Positions 12,236-22,706 are shown, numbered from the stretch's first letter. The stretch: DNA of 64,000 nucleotides from an uncultured bacterium (GCA_964012435.1 CAXGSM010000001.1:1-64000); one strand, 5' to 3'. A program made the numbers and translations. Notes: a model not told the origin generated them from the sequence alone.

Positions 12236-13099
12236 ATGAAAAAGTTTAAAAGAATATTTCTTATTTTGTTGGCATTTTTAACAATTACCCCGCTTGTTGA
12301 TCGTTTAACTGATTATGCTCAAAATCCTGCAGATGCATACCTTGATGTTGCAGTTGAAAAAGCGAGGAGTGCATTTTTAACGTTAACAGCAATGAAAAGC
12401 ATTTTAGCGATTGTTGAAGGTAGTGATATTGAAACAGGGGTTAGGTTTGGTGTTTTGGGCCAGAGTGCAGATGTTACATTAGATATAGAGGCGGGTGATT
12501 TTGCAGAGCCAACTTATGACTTAGTAGACAAAGCGTGGAACATAACCTTAATTTCATGGATTGCAATTGAGATTGAAAGAATGTTATTGCAATTTTCAGA
12601 TTTGAAATTTTCTAACATGCTTTTGTTTTTTGGTTTTTTAGGCTTGTTCTATGTCTCTTTACAAAAGAGAAAAACAAAAAAAATTGATATTTATAAAATT
12701 TCGATTTTTATATTAATTTTTGGATTTGCTCTAAAGTTTCTTTTCCCCACAACTGTTTTAACGTCTCAAAAAATATCTACCTCCCTGACAGAGAAAAGCC
12801 TTCAGGAGTCTCAAAAAGCTTTGGATAACAAGGTCCAAGAGTTAAATGGTTTAGGGGAGATCTATAACTCAGAAGCAAATGCGGTTGAAAAATATGATCA
12901 GATTTCAGCCTGGCTACAAAAGCATGATGCATCTTTTTGGCAACAGTATTCATCCCAGATAGTAAAACATACTATGCTTTTAGCTGCCATTTTTTTATTA
13001 GATGCAATAATCCTGCCAATAGTATCCTTGTTATTTATATGGCATTTGCTAAAAAGATTCTTTAATTGGCTTTTGGATTTTTCAGTATCGTTAAATTAG
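12236..13099 (+). CDS. Hypothetical multi-pass membrane protein
   Basis: Long ORF with several hydrophobic segments; alternative start 12221. Confidence 0.7.
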   Translation: MKKFKRIFLILLAFLTITPLVDRLTDYAQNPADAYLDVAVEKARSAFLTLTAMKSILAIVEGSDIETGVRFGVLGQSADVTLDIEAGDFAEPTYDLVDKAWNITLISWIAIEIERMLLQFSDLKFSNMLLFFGFLGLFYVSLQKRKTKKIDIYKISIFILIFGFALKFLFPTTVLTSQKISTSLTEKSLQESQKALDNKVQELNGLGEIYNSEANAVEKYDQISAWLQKHDASFWQQYSSQIVKHTMLLAAIFLLDAIILPIVSLLFIWHLLKRFFNWLLDFSVSLN

Positions 13100-13842
13100 T
13101 CTTGATGGTCAAGAGGTTTTTGACCTCTAGATTCTCTTAGTTTGTTCATTTGAACCCTTGCTCTTTCCAAGTCTTTTTTGCTTACTTTGTATTGCTCTTT
13201 CCTGTCTTCCCAATTTTCAAAAGAGGCAATGTTTTTATTTATTACAGCAACTGCTTCATCTATGAATTCCGGTTGAGAGTCTTTAAAAACTCTAACGCCT
13301 GTTAGCCCATGTTCAAAAAGTTCTAAATAATGTCTTGTATATGTTGTGACAACTTTTTTACGATAGGTGATTATTCCTAAGAGGCATAAGGTTAATCCAA
13401 CCCAGGCAAGCACAGGTAATGAAGCCTGTTCTTGCTGGGGCTCCCTTAAAAGCATTCCAGCTATTGAGGTTAAAAGTCCACATGCAATCATCACTCCGCC
13501 TTTTGATGAATCTGGAGATTGGTGGGTTCTTTTGTAATTTTTTTGAGTTCTTCTAGCACTGCTTGTTGGTTTTACAGGGTATGTTTTTCCCCTGTTAATA
13601 ATTCTTGTTCTAGTAGCAAGAAGTCCATTTTTATCCAAAAGAACTGTATCCCCTTCGTAAATGTCAATATTTTTTTGATCTAGCAATACCTCTAAAGCTT
13701 CTTTCAGTTTTTTTTCTTTTATGTAACCTTTTTCGACTAGAAGCTGTCCAATCTTTCTTCCAGACCGTGGTAGTTCTGATAAAACTTCTGATAGCTGTAC
13801 TTCAGAAATTAATTTTTGCTCGACTAAAAAATCACCTAGCAT
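13096..13842 (-). CDS. Membrane protein with N-terminal MshEN-like (GspE/PilB N-terminal) tandem motif
   Basis: MLGDFLVEQKLISEVQLSEVL...RKIGQLLVEKGYIKEKKLKEAL; two TM helices; SD GGAGG upstream. Confidence 0.75.
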   Translation of the reverse strand: MLGDFLVEQKLISEVQLSEVLSELPRSGRKIGQLLVEKGYIKEKKLKEALEVLLDQKNIDIYEGDTVLLDKNGLLATRTRIINRGKTYPVKPTSSARRTQKNYKRTHQSPDSSKGGVMIACGLLTSIAGMLLREPQQEQASLPVLAWVGLTLCLLGIITYRKKVVTTYTRHYLELFEHGLTGVRVFKDSQPEFIDEAVAVINKNIASFENWEDRKEQYKVSKKDLERARVQMNKLRESRGQKPLDHQD

Positions 13843-13887
13843 AATTTACCTCCCGGCAATCACTACCTAAAACTTCAATTTAAAGTC

Positions 13888-13905
13888 TAGCATATAAATA
13901 TGCTA
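13888..13905. repeat. Perfect inverted repeat TAGCATAT-AA-ATATGCTA (operator or weak hairpin)
   Basis: 8-bp arms with 2-nt spacer in the intergenic region. Confidence 0.5.
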
Positions 13906-13917
13906 ATAAAGGTTTTT

Positions 13918-15189
13918 TTATATTGAACCGAAAGCAGCTTCAAGATCTTTTTTAAGATCTTTAGGAGACTCTAACCCTACAGATAATCTAATGCCGTTTT
14001 GATCAAGATTATTTTTAAGTTTTTCTTCCTCTGGAATTACAGAGTGAGTCATTGAGAATGGACATTCTATAAGTGTTTTTATATTGCCAAGTGAGACTGC
14101 TAATGTTATTGAGTATGAATTTTTAGCTATAAAATTCACAAATTTTGAACCTACATCTTGTTTGTTGCTTTCAATTTCAAAATAAATCATAAATCCTGGA
14201 AAAAAATTACCTTCCGGATCCTGCATTTGGCTTTTTGCAATTTTTCGATCTTCGAAACTTTTCAAACCTGGCCATTTAACGTATTTGACCTTAGGGTGAG
14301 ACTCGAGATATTTTGCAATCTCCCTAGCGCTCTCTTGTTGTTTTTGTACCCTTAGCGGAAGTGTCGGGATTCCATAAGTAAGAATGCTCCATGCTGATCT
14401 TGAGCTAAGCATTCCTCCAAAGTCTTTTCTTTTGATTTGTAATTTGGAATAAATCTCATCTGGAACGATAGTTGCTCCAGCTGTGTCTGTTCCATATCCA
14501 CCAATTGCTTTTGTAAGGCTGTGTATAACAATGTCTGCACCGTGACTTATTGGCCTTTGCCCCCAAGGTGTCATGAAAGTATTATCAACTATTAGGTAAA
14601 TTTTATTTTCACTATCCCTCTTAGCATTTTCTTTTTTCACTATTGATGCTATTGATCCTATGTCCATCATTTCAAGTGTGGGGTTCAAGGGGGTTTCTAG
14701 GTATATTATTCTTGTTCCTTCTGTTATGTTTTTTTTAATCTCTTCAAGATTACACATGTTAACCCTGGTAACATTTATGTTTAGATCTGAAAAACTGTCT
14801 CTTAGTAAAGAGTCGGTACATCCATAAAGTATGTGATGGGTAATAATTCTTTGCCCTGATTTGACTAATGCAAGTAAAGTTGTTGATATTGCAGCCATTC
14901 CACTTGCAAATGTAAGGGCTTTATCTCCACCTTCTGCTTCAGCAAGTCTCTGTTCAAGCATCATGGTTGTAGGTTCTTCTAATCTGTCATATATATAGAT
15001 TGGTTCATTGTTTTTATTGTTTGCGTATTCCTCAAAACCCATCGATCCTCTTTCGCTTGAATCAAGCCTGAAAGTGCTATTTGATGATAGTGGCGGTACA
15101 ACATTATGAGAATAGTCCCACACTGATGTTTTCATTTCGCCATGAATTAATCTAGATTCCTTGCTGTATCTTTTAGAATTTTTAGACAT
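13918..15189 (-). CDS. PLP-dependent Cys/Met metabolism enzyme, probable methionine gamma-lyase
   Basis: YIYDRL, FASGMAAI, LYGCT (Tyr/Cys typical of MGL), VDNTF, HSLTK, LAVSLG, IRLSVGLE. Confidence 0.85.
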   Translation of the reverse strand: MSKNSKRYSKESRLIHGEMKTSVWDYSHNVVPPLSSNSTFRLDSSERGSMGFEEYANNKNNEPIYIYDRLEEPTTMMLEQRLAEAEGGDKALTFASGMAAISTTLLALVKSGQRIITHHILYGCTDSLLRDSFSDLNINVTRVNMCNLEEIKKNITEGTRIIYLETPLNPTLEMMDIGSIASIVKKENAKRDSENKIYLIVDNTFMTPWGQRPISHGADIVIHSLTKAIGGYGTDTAGATIVPDEIYSKLQIKRKDFGGMLSSRSAWSILTYGIPTLPLRVQKQQESAREIAKYLESHPKVKYVKWPGLKSFEDRKIAKSQMQDPEGNFFPGFMIYFEIESNKQDVGSKFVNFIAKNSYSITLAVSLGNIKTLIECPFSMTHSVIPEEEKLKNNLDQNGIRLSVGLESPKDLKKDLEAAFGSI

Positions 15190-15235
15190 AGTAAGCAATC
15201 ATAATATTGGTTTTATGTTTTGTTTGCATTTTTTA

Positions 15236-15307
15236 GGCCCGTTCGTCTAACGGATAGGACGCCACCCTCTCAAGGTGGAAATAGGGGTTCGATTCCCCTA
15301 CGGGCTG
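15236..15307 (+). tRNA. tRNA-Glu (anticodon CTC), CCA not encoded
   Basis: Acceptor GGCCCGT/ACGGGCT; anticodon arm CCACC-CTCTCAA-GGTGG; T arm AGGGG-TTCGATT-CCCCT. Confidence 0.96.
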
Positions 15308-15314
15308 TTAAATT

Positions 15315-15785
15315 ATGATTAATAAAGATCAGGTGTTAGATGCTCAAGATAAATGGGCAGCAGGTGTAGTAAAAATTGGCTTATTAAAAGATAGTAGAGC
15401 GGAATGTGAGTCTTTTGCGAATAATTTTTTAGACGAAAAGTACGCTTTTGAGCTAGGTCCTTTGTTGTTTAAGCCTACCAAATGCGAAGAGAAACAATTC
15501 AGAACTACAAAATCACAAGCATTGTCTTATTTCATCGCAGGTGAAGATAGGGAGTGTCAAGAAGATAAAGGATTTGCTTTAGAGCCTTGGAGCAATGTAA
15601 GATTTGAAAATTTAAGCTTTATCCTAGAAGAGGACAGGGCTATCGCAATGGGCAATTATTTTTTTACCAACCTAGAAGGTGATGAAATTAAAGTTGAATA
15701 TACATTTGGTTACAAGTTGATTAATGGAATTTTAAAAATTGATTTACATCATTCCTCACTTCCCTTTAGAGCAAGCTCCCTATAG
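15315..15785 (+). CDS. COG4337-like protein, putative iota-class carbonic anhydrase
   Basis: AQDKW, LLFKPTK, ALSYF, EDKGFAL.PW..VRFEN, AMGNYFF, KVEYTFGY, C-terminal LHHSSLP. Confidence 0.78.
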   Translation: MINKDQVLDAQDKWAAGVVKIGLLKDSRAECESFANNFLDEKYAFELGPLLFKPTKCEEKQFRTTKSQALSYFIAGEDRECQEDKGFALEPWSNVRFENLSFILEEDRAIAMGNYFFTNLEGDEIKVEYTFGYKLINGILKIDLHHSSLPFRASSL

Positions 15786-15831
15786 GGTTTGTAGACCCTT
15801 ATTGCTGCTATAGTTTAAAATAAGCTTTCTA

Positions 15832-16824
15832 GTGATAACTATATCTTTGGATGCCATGGGTGGAGATGATGCACCTGAATCTATAGTTGAAGGTGCTTTG
15901 CTGGCATCTGAACTCAATGTCAATTTAGTTTTATTTGGTGATGAAAATAAAATTAATAAAATTTTAAATAATAGAAAATCTGACCATATAACTATTAAAC
16001 ATACAGAAGAGGAAGTTAGCATGAGCGAAAAACCCATTTCTTTTCTTAAGAAGTTAAAAATGACCTCATTGGGACTTGCTACTAAATTTTCTGGTGATGA
16101 TTGCTCAGATGGAACAATTTCAGCAGGCCATTCGGGTGCTTCTGTGGTTGCTGCTGCCAAGTATTTAAAGAGGAAAGATGTTAGAAAGCCAGTTTTAGGA
16201 ACATTTATACCCTCGAGTGAAAATCCAGTTTTCTTACTTGATGTTGGTGCAAATGTAGATACAAGAGCAGAAGATCTTTTGATGTTTGGAAAATTAGGAA
16301 GTGAATTTTATAGCTTTTGGTCGGGTAAAAAAAATCCAACAGTTGGGTTGTTGAATATTGGTTCTGAAAAAGGGAAGGGCGATAAGGAGTCTATAAAAGC
16401 TTACGAATTAATGAATGAAGCCTCGTCAGCAGGATTGTTTAATTTTGTAGGCAATATAGAAGGAAGACAGGTTGGAGGCCAGGGTGAAGAGGTAAACGTT
16501 GTTGTTTGTGATGGTTTTGTGGGTAATGTTATTTTGAAATTTGCTGAAGGTATAGCTATTTCCTTAATGGGAATGCTTGCTTCAGGCTTGAAGGAATCTG
16601 CAAAAAGTAATATTTTTATACCTTTAGCTAAAGGTGGAATAAAAAAATCACTAAAAACCATCAAGAAAAGAATGGATTATTCTGAGTATGGGGGAGCACC
16701 ATTGCTTGGCTTGAAGAAACCTTTTTTCATATGCCATGGCTCTTCAAACTCGAAAGCAATATTTAATGCAATTAAACATATGAAAAATTTAATAATGAGA
16801 CAAAATGGAGAAAAAAATGATTAG
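15832..16824 (+). CDS. plsX: Phosphate acyltransferase PlsX
   Basis: LDAMGGDDAP, LLDVGANVD, LLNIGSEKGKG, VCDGFVGNVILK, GGAPLLGL, HGSS. Confidence 0.96.
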   Translation: MITISLDAMGGDDAPESIVEGALLASELNVNLVLFGDENKINKILNNRKSDHITIKHTEEEVSMSEKPISFLKKLKMTSLGLATKFSGDDCSDGTISAGHSGASVVAAAKYLKRKDVRKPVLGTFIPSSENPVFLLDVGANVDTRAEDLLMFGKLGSEFYSFWSGKKNPTVGLLNIGSEKGKGDKESIKAYELMNEASSAGLFNFVGNIEGRQVGGQGEEVNVVVCDGFVGNVILKFAEGIAISLMGMLASGLKESAKSNIFIPLAKGGIKKSLKTIKKRMDYSEYGGAPLLGLKKPFFICHGSSNSKAIFNAIKHMKNLIMRQNGEKND

Positions 16825-17806
16825 AGCTGTTATCACATCAATTGGTACATCTGTTCCTGATAAAGTTTTTACCAACGACGATTTATCTAAAGTTATGGAC
16901 ACTAGTGACGAATGGATAAGAGAAAGGTCAATGATTAGAGAGAGAAGGTTTGCCAGCAAGGGTGAAGGTTTAAGCAAGTATTGCGTAAGGGCTGCTGAGA
17001 AAGCTTTAAAGAAAAGAGGTGTATCTCCTGAGGATTTGGATTTAATCATTGTTGCAACTGTTACTCCAGACATGATGTTTCCAAATACAGCTAATTTAGT
17101 TCAAGACAAACTTGGAGCTATTAACGCAGGTGCTTTTGATTTAGTTAACGCTTGCCCTGGTTTTGTTTATGGTGTTTCAATGGCTTCTGGAATGATATCC
17201 TCTGGACTTCATAAGAAAATATTAGTTTGTGGTGGAGATATTATGAGCTCTATACTTGATATGAAGGATCGTTCAACATCTGTCTTATTCGGAGATGGAG
17301 CAGGGGCTGTTTTGCTAGAAGCTGAAGAAGGCGATTATGGCGTTCATGATGTTTTATTGGGTTCTGACGGTTCTGGGGGTAAATATTTATACATGCCTTC
17401 TGGAGGTTCTATAAGCCCTCCAACAAAAGAAACAGTAAGTCGAAAAGAGCATTTTGTAAGAATGGATGGAAGTAAGGTTTATAAAGTTGGAATAAGGAGA
17501 TTTGTCCAGATGGTGAAAGATATTTGTGAAAAAAATTCTCTTGATCCTTCGGATATAGGTTGTCATCTTTTTCATCAGGCAAATGGTGTGATGATTGAAG
17601 CGATTGCAAAAAGATTAAAACTTGACAAGAGCAAGTGTCCTATCAATATTGACAAATACGCTAACACTACGAATGGAACAATTCCTATATTGGCAGAAGA
17701 TGCAAATAATAAAAATATGCTTAAGGATGGGGATTGGGTCTTGATGACAAGCTTTGGTGCAGGTTTTGCATGGGGTTCTGTTTTGATGAAGTGGAAAAAA
17801 ATATGA
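16817..17806 (+). CDS. fabH: 3-oxoacyl-ACP synthase III
   Basis: DTSDEWI, NACPGF, LFGDGAGA, HQAN, YANT, FGAGFAWG. Confidence 0.95.
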   Translation: MIRAVITSIGTSVPDKVFTNDDLSKVMDTSDEWIRERSMIRERRFASKGEGLSKYCVRAAEKALKKRGVSPEDLDLIIVATVTPDMMFPNTANLVQDKLGAINAGAFDLVNACPGFVYGVSMASGMISSGLHKKILVCGGDIMSSILDMKDRSTSVLFGDGAGAVLLEAEEGDYGVHDVLLGSDGSGGKYLYMPSGGSISPPTKETVSRKEHFVRMDGSKVYKVGIRRFVQMVKDICEKNSLDPSDIGCHLFHQANGVMIEAIAKRLKLDKSKCPINIDKYANTTNGTIPILAEDANNKNMLKDGDWVLMTSFGAGFAWGSVLMKWKKI

Positions 17807-18711
17807 GTTATTGCTTTTTATACCCTGGTCAAGGTGCTCAGAGGGTTGGTATGGCTGATTTTCTGAAAGGCAGCAATGAGTCAATTAAGCTTGTTCATGA
17901 AGCCGACCAAATTTTAGGATTCAACCTTTCAGAGTTGATTTTTGAAGGGCCAATAGAGGATTTAACCTTGACTAAAAATGCTCAACCAGCGCTTTTGGCG
18001 GTTGGTTATGCAGCTCATAGATATTTAGTAAATTTTTATGAGTCAGATCCTGTTGCCGCAGCAGGACATTCTTTGGGTGAATATACAGCTTTGGTTTCAT
18101 CAGGCACGATATCTTATGAGGATGGCTTAAAGCTTGTGAGAGAAAGAGGAAAAGCGATGCAGGAAGCTGTAAAGGAAGGTGAAGGAGGGATGGTTGCCCT
18201 TCTTGGTTCTGGCAACCTTGAAGACCTGCTTGAAGCATGCAAAGGGGATTTATGTCTTGTTCCTGCTAACTTCAACACTCAAAAACAAACTGTGCTTTCG
18301 GGCAACATGAAAGCTGTGAAAAGGGTTGCTGAAGTAGCAAAAAATTTTGGTTACTTGAAAGCAATCGAACTTAAAGTTTCAGCACCTTTCCATTCCCCCT
18401 TGATGAAAGAGGCAAAACAAAGAATGGAACGCGTTATCGAGGATGTTGAATTTAAATCTTCAGCATGGCCGGTTGCTTCGAATTTTACTGGTTGTATGCA
18501 TGAAGATAATCCTTCCTGCATCAAAGAAAATTTGATAAATCAGATCGAAGGAGCTGTAAGATGGGTTCAGAATTTAGAAGAACTTTCTGAATTAAATTTT
18601 GATTCCTGGGTTGATGTTGGTCCTGGAAAGATTTTATTTAATATGATTCCCAGGCAAGATAATAGAGATAAGTTTAATTATTTGCAGTTTGCTGCAGGTG
18701 AAGAGAGGTGA
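17803..18711 (+). CDS. fabD: Malonyl-CoA:ACP transacylase
   Basis: YPGQGAQ, AQPAL, GHSLGEY, VSAPFHS. Confidence 0.96.
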   Translation: MSYCFLYPGQGAQRVGMADFLKGSNESIKLVHEADQILGFNLSELIFEGPIEDLTLTKNAQPALLAVGYAAHRYLVNFYESDPVAAAGHSLGEYTALVSSGTISYEDGLKLVRERGKAMQEAVKEGEGGMVALLGSGNLEDLLEACKGDLCLVPANFNTQKQTVLSGNMKAVKRVAEVAKNFGYLKAIELKVSAPFHSPLMKEAKQRMERVIEDVEFKSSAWPVASNFTGCMHEDNPSCIKENLINQIEGAVRWVQNLEELSELNFDSWVDVGPGKILFNMIPRQDNRDKFNYLQFAAGEER

Positions 18712-18717
18712 TTATTC

Positions 18718-19473
18718 ATGTTGAATTTTGATTTTTCAGGTAAAAATATTGTAATTACAGGGGGGATAAGAGGTATAGGTTATTCAGTTGCAAAACTTTT
18801 TTCATCTTATTCTTCCAATATGGTTTTAGGGTACAGAAGTGATCAGGATTTGGCAGAATCTGTACAATCAGAATTATCTCTTGGTAATTCAAGCGTGAAA
18901 ACTTTACGTGCTGATCTTGCTTCCCAAAACGAATGTGATAGATTCATGAAAGAGTCTTTAGATTTTCTTTCAGAAATTGATATTTTTGTACATTGTTGTG
19001 GGATCAGGCAGGATGCGCCTGCATCAATGATGAAGAACGATAGTTGGAATAAAGTTATAGATGTAAATTTGAATAGTGCATTTTATTGTTCTAGAATTGC
19101 TGCAAAAAAGATGCTTAAGAGGAGAGTTGGAAGGATTGTATTTATTTCAAGCGTTTCAGCTTCGGTTGGGGGACCAGGCCAATCCAATTATGCAGCAAGC
19201 AAATCTGGAATTGAAGGTTTGATGCGAGTTATGTCGAGAGAATTTGCAGACAGGAATGTGACTGTTAATTGTGTCAGTCCTGGCTTGATTGATACTAACA
19301 TGTCTAGGGATATAAACAAAAGCATGAGAGAGTTTTATTTAAGTGTTATACCTATGAAGAAGTTTGGTAAACCTGAAGATGTTGCTTCTGCGGTTGCTTT
19401 TCTTTCTTCTGATGAATCTTCTTATGTGACTGGCCAAATTTTAAAAGTTAATGGAGGTATGGACGTTTCATGA
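18718..19473 (+). CDS. fabG: 3-oxoacyl-ACP reductase
   Basis: TGGIRGIG, GQSNYAASK, VNCVSPGLIDT; position in the fab cluster. Confidence 0.9.
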   Translation: MLNFDFSGKNIVITGGIRGIGYSVAKLFSSYSSNMVLGYRSDQDLAESVQSELSLGNSSVKTLRADLASQNECDRFMKESLDFLSEIDIFVHCCGIRQDAPASMMKNDSWNKVIDVNLNSAFYCSRIAAKKMLKRRVGRIVFISSVSASVGGPGQSNYAASKSGIEGLMRVMSREFADRNVTVNCVSPGLIDTNMSRDINKSMREFYLSVIPMKKFGKPEDVASAVAFLSSDESSYVTGQILKVNGGMDVS

Positions 19474-20705
19474 CAAGGGTTTTTATTACAGGTATTGGTG
19501 CAGTTACACCATTTGGCGATGATTTTTCAACCTTGCAAAAAGGCTTACTAAAAGGTCAGTCTACTGCTGGAAAAATTTCTTTATTTGATGCTTCTGATCA
19601 TAAATGTCAGGTTGCTTGCGAGGTTCCAGATTGGGATCCTACAAAGCATATAGATCCAAAAGATGCAAGGCAGATGGATAGGTTTACACAATTTTCAATG
19701 ACAGCAACCAAGGAGGCTGTAGAAGATTCAAATATTAATTTTGAAGAAATGGATCCTTACAGGGTGGGTGTTAATTTAAGCAGTGGTATAGGGGGGATGT
19801 GGGAACACCATACTCAGTTTGACAAATATTTTAAAAAAGGACCTAGATTTATAAGCCCTTTTTACATTCCAAAAAATATATGCAACATAGCCCCTGGATG
19901 GATTTCAATCAAGTATGGATTAAAGGGTTATTCAACAGCTCCAGTTGCAGCTTGTGCTACTGGAACGATAGCAATAGGGGAAGCTTTTCACCTGATAAGA
20001 AATGGAATTATGGATGTGATGGTTACAGGAGGGGCTGAAGGAGCTATAGCACCGACTTCTTGTGCTGGTTTTTCCAACATGAAAGCATTGGCACGTAATT
20101 TTAATGATAATCCATCTGAAGCAAGTCGGCCATTTGATATGGATAGAAGTGGCTTTGTGATGGGAGAAGGCTCTGTTGCTTTCATTCTTGAAAGTGAGCA
20201 AAATTTAAAAAAGAGAGGAGGCGTTCCTTTGGCTGAGGTTGTTGGGTATGCCGTGACAAGTGACGCTTATCATATAACCTCACCAAATCTAAATGGAGAA
20301 TCTCCATCAAAAGCTATGGATTTCGCTTTAAGGGACGCTCAGATTCCTGTTTCCGAGGTTGATTACCTTAATGCTCACGGAACCTCCACAAAGCTTAATG
20401 ATTTAATGGAAACAAATGCGATTAAGTTAACTTTTGGTTCAAGCCTTGATAGATTGAATATTTCAAGTACAAAAGGTATGCATGGGCATTTGTTGGGTGC
20501 TGCTGGCGCAATAGAGTGTGCTGCTTGTGTTATTTCGATGAGGGAAGGGGTCGTGCCTCCAACAATAAATTACAACACGAATGATCCTGATTGTGATTTA
20601 GACTATACTCCGAATGATGCAAGAGAATCAGTTGTGGATGTATCAATGTCAAATTCTTTTGCATTTGGAGGGCATAACGCCTGTTTGGTTTTAAGGAGAT
20701 CTTGA
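19470..20705 (+). CDS. fabF: 3-oxoacyl-ACP synthase II
   Basis: MDRFTQ, AACATG, SRPFD, NAHGTST, GHLLGAAG, SNSFAFGGHN. Confidence 0.96.
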   Translation: MTRVFITGIGAVTPFGDDFSTLQKGLLKGQSTAGKISLFDASDHKCQVACEVPDWDPTKHIDPKDARQMDRFTQFSMTATKEAVEDSNINFEEMDPYRVGVNLSSGIGGMWEHHTQFDKYFKKGPRFISPFYIPKNICNIAPGWISIKYGLKGYSTAPVAACATGTIAIGEAFHLIRNGIMDVMVTGGAEGAIAPTSCAGFSNMKALARNFNDNPSEASRPFDMDRSGFVMGEGSVAFILESEQNLKKRGGVPLAEVVGYAVTSDAYHITSPNLNGESPSKAMDFALRDAQIPVSEVDYLNAHGTSTKLNDLMETNAIKLTFGSSLDRLNISSTKGMHGHLLGAAGAIECAACVISMREGVVPPTINYNTNDPDCDLDYTPNDARESVVDVSMSNSFAFGGHNACLVLRRS

Positions 20706-20706
20706 T

Positions 20707-21951
20707 ATGTTAGATAGTACAAATTTTGAAATTAAAGAGAAAGCAAGACATGTTGCAGAGAATGTTGTAAGGCCTCTTGCTTCTGAGCATGACAAGAAGC
20801 AGGAATATCCATGGAAAGTTAAAGAAGCCCTTGCAGAAAGCGGTTTGTTGAAAACATGGATACCTAAAAAGTATGGAGGCAATGGTCTTGGAAGCTTGAA
20901 TCTGTGTTTAGTTGTTGAAGAGCTATCTAGAGCATGTGGTGGAGTAGGTGTTATGTTTGCAGTAAATGCTTTAGGCTCTTATCCAATAATTTTAGGCGGA
21001 AGAGAGGAGCAAAAGCAAAAGTGGTTACCTGAAATTGCAAATGGCGATAGGTTAATTTCTTTTGCTTTGTCTGAAAAAATGGCTGGTTCAAATGCTTCAG
21101 ATTTAAAAACTCTAATTTCAAAAAATGATAGTGAATATGTAATAAATGGTGATAAGAAATGGAACACGAACGGTGGAGTAGCACATTATTATTCTGTTTT
21201 TGGAGTTACTAATCCAAAACAGGTTGGAAAACCTTCTGCCATTTCAGCAGTGATTGTGGAAAAAGGAACAGAGGGTTTTGAGTTAGGAAAAGAGGAAGAT
21301 AAAATGGGTATCAGATGTGTTCCTGTAAGGGAACTCTATTTTAGAGATTGCGCGGTTCCAAAATGGAATCTTTTGGGAGACTCTGAAGGCAAGGGTTTTA
21401 AGATTGCAATGGAAACCCTTGATCATGCAAGACCTGGTGTTGCAGCCCAAGCTTTAGGCTGTGCTCAAGGGGCATTTGAGTATGCTTCTAGATTTGCCTC
21501 TAGAAGAAGGCAGTTTGGTCAACCTATACAGAATCATCAGTCAATAGGCTTTCTTTTAGCTGATATGTCTACAAGAATTGAAGCAGCGAGGCAATTGGTT
21601 TATGAGTCTGCAAGAATGGTTGATGCTGCTGACAAAGACCCTTCATTGAAAGCCAAGGCGAATAAGATGGCTGCTCAAGGTAAGCTTTTTGCAACCGACA
21701 CAGCAATGTGGGTCACAACGGAAGCAGTGCAAATTTTTGGAGGATATGGCTTTATGAAAGATTATCCGGTCGAAAAATACATGAGAGATGCAAAGATTAC
21801 TCAAATCTACGAAGGAACAAATCAAATTCAAAGGCTTGTTGTTAGCAGGCATATTGCACGTGAAGCTACATCTTTAAAATTTCTTGATACTTTCATACCA
21901 ACAATAGACCAATGGATACCTGAAGAATTGTTAAATGAGGTGAAAAAATGA
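20707..21951 (+). CDS. Acyl-CoA dehydrogenase
   Basis: FALSEKMAGS, KMGIR, RRQFGQPI, AVQIFGGYGF, RDAKITQIYEGTNQIQR. Confidence 0.95.
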   Translation: MLDSTNFEIKEKARHVAENVVRPLASEHDKKQEYPWKVKEALAESGLLKTWIPKKYGGNGLGSLNLCLVVEELSRACGGVGVMFAVNALGSYPIILGGREEQKQKWLPEIANGDRLISFALSEKMAGSNASDLKTLISKNDSEYVINGDKKWNTNGGVAHYYSVFGVTNPKQVGKPSAISAVIVEKGTEGFELGKEEDKMGIRCVPVRELYFRDCAVPKWNLLGDSEGKGFKIAMETLDHARPGVAAQALGCAQGAFEYASRFASRRRQFGQPIQNHQSIGFLLADMSTRIEAARQLVYESARMVDAADKDPSLKAKANKMAAQGKLFATDTAMWVTTEAVQIFGGYGFMKDYPVEKYMRDAKITQIYEGTNQIQRLVVSRHIAREATSLKFLDTFIPTIDQWIPEELLNEVKK

Positions 21952-22706
21952 AAATATTAGTTTTGGCAAAGCAGGTTCCTGCTACTACTGATTTAACTTT
22001 TGGTGAAAATGGTGTGGTTGATAGAAGCAGTGTTCCTAAAACTGTTAATCCTGATGACGAGTCCGCTGTTGAGCTTGCAATCCAGATGGCTGAATCTGTT
22101 TCTGGTGAGGTTATTCTTGCGACAATGGGTCCTGAGTCTGCTTCTGAAATGCTATCTGAACTTGGTGCAATGGGTTGTGCTTCCTGCTATCATGTCTCAG
22201 ACAATTTGTTGAATGGTGCTGATCTGGTTGCTACAGCCAATGTTTTTGCTGCATTAGCAAAAAAGGTTAATGCTGAAATGGTTATATGTGGTGCTTCAGC
22301 TGCTGATGGAAAGGGTGGATTGTTACCTTCTGCTATTGCATCTCTTTTGGGATGGGATTGTTTGAATGAGGTTTCTTCAGTTGAGGATTTTTCATCTGAG
22401 CCAGTGGTTATTTTTAATTATCAAGGTAAGAAAACAAAAGCAAAAGTAAAAGGCTCATCTGTTTTATCAGTTTATAAAACTGTTGCTGAGCCCAGAATAC
22501 CAGATGTAATGGCTGTTCTTTCGGCACCTCAACCTGAAAGTTTAGCTGTTTCAGATTTAGATATCAATGAAAAAGCCCTCAAATTTAATGACAGGTGTGA
22601 AATTCTTAACGTCGAAAATGTTAAAAAGGAAAGAAAAAATAAAATATGGGAAGGTATTGAATCTTTTTCTGATTTCCACACAGAGTTAAAAAAGGAGGGT
22701 TTTTGA
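21948..22706 (+). CDS. etfB: Electron transfer flavoprotein beta subunit
   Basis: [39 protein letters not shown]. Confidence 0.92.
   Translation: MKILVLAKQVPATTDLTFGENGVVDRSSVPKTVNPDDESAVELAIQMAESVSGEVILATMGPESASEMLSELGAMGCASCYHVSDNLLNGADLVATANVFAALAKKVNAEMVICGASAADGKGGLLPSAIASLLGWDCLNEVSSVEDFSSEPVVIFNYQGKKTKAKVKGSSVLSVYKTVAEPRIPDVMAVLSAPQPESLAVSDLDINEKALKFNDRCEILNVENVKKERKNKIWEGIESFSDFHTELKKEGF

Noticed and set aside
15784..15799. Hairpin AGGGTT-TGTA-GACCCT as an intrinsic terminator
   Set aside because: Short stem and poor U-tract; not enough support.
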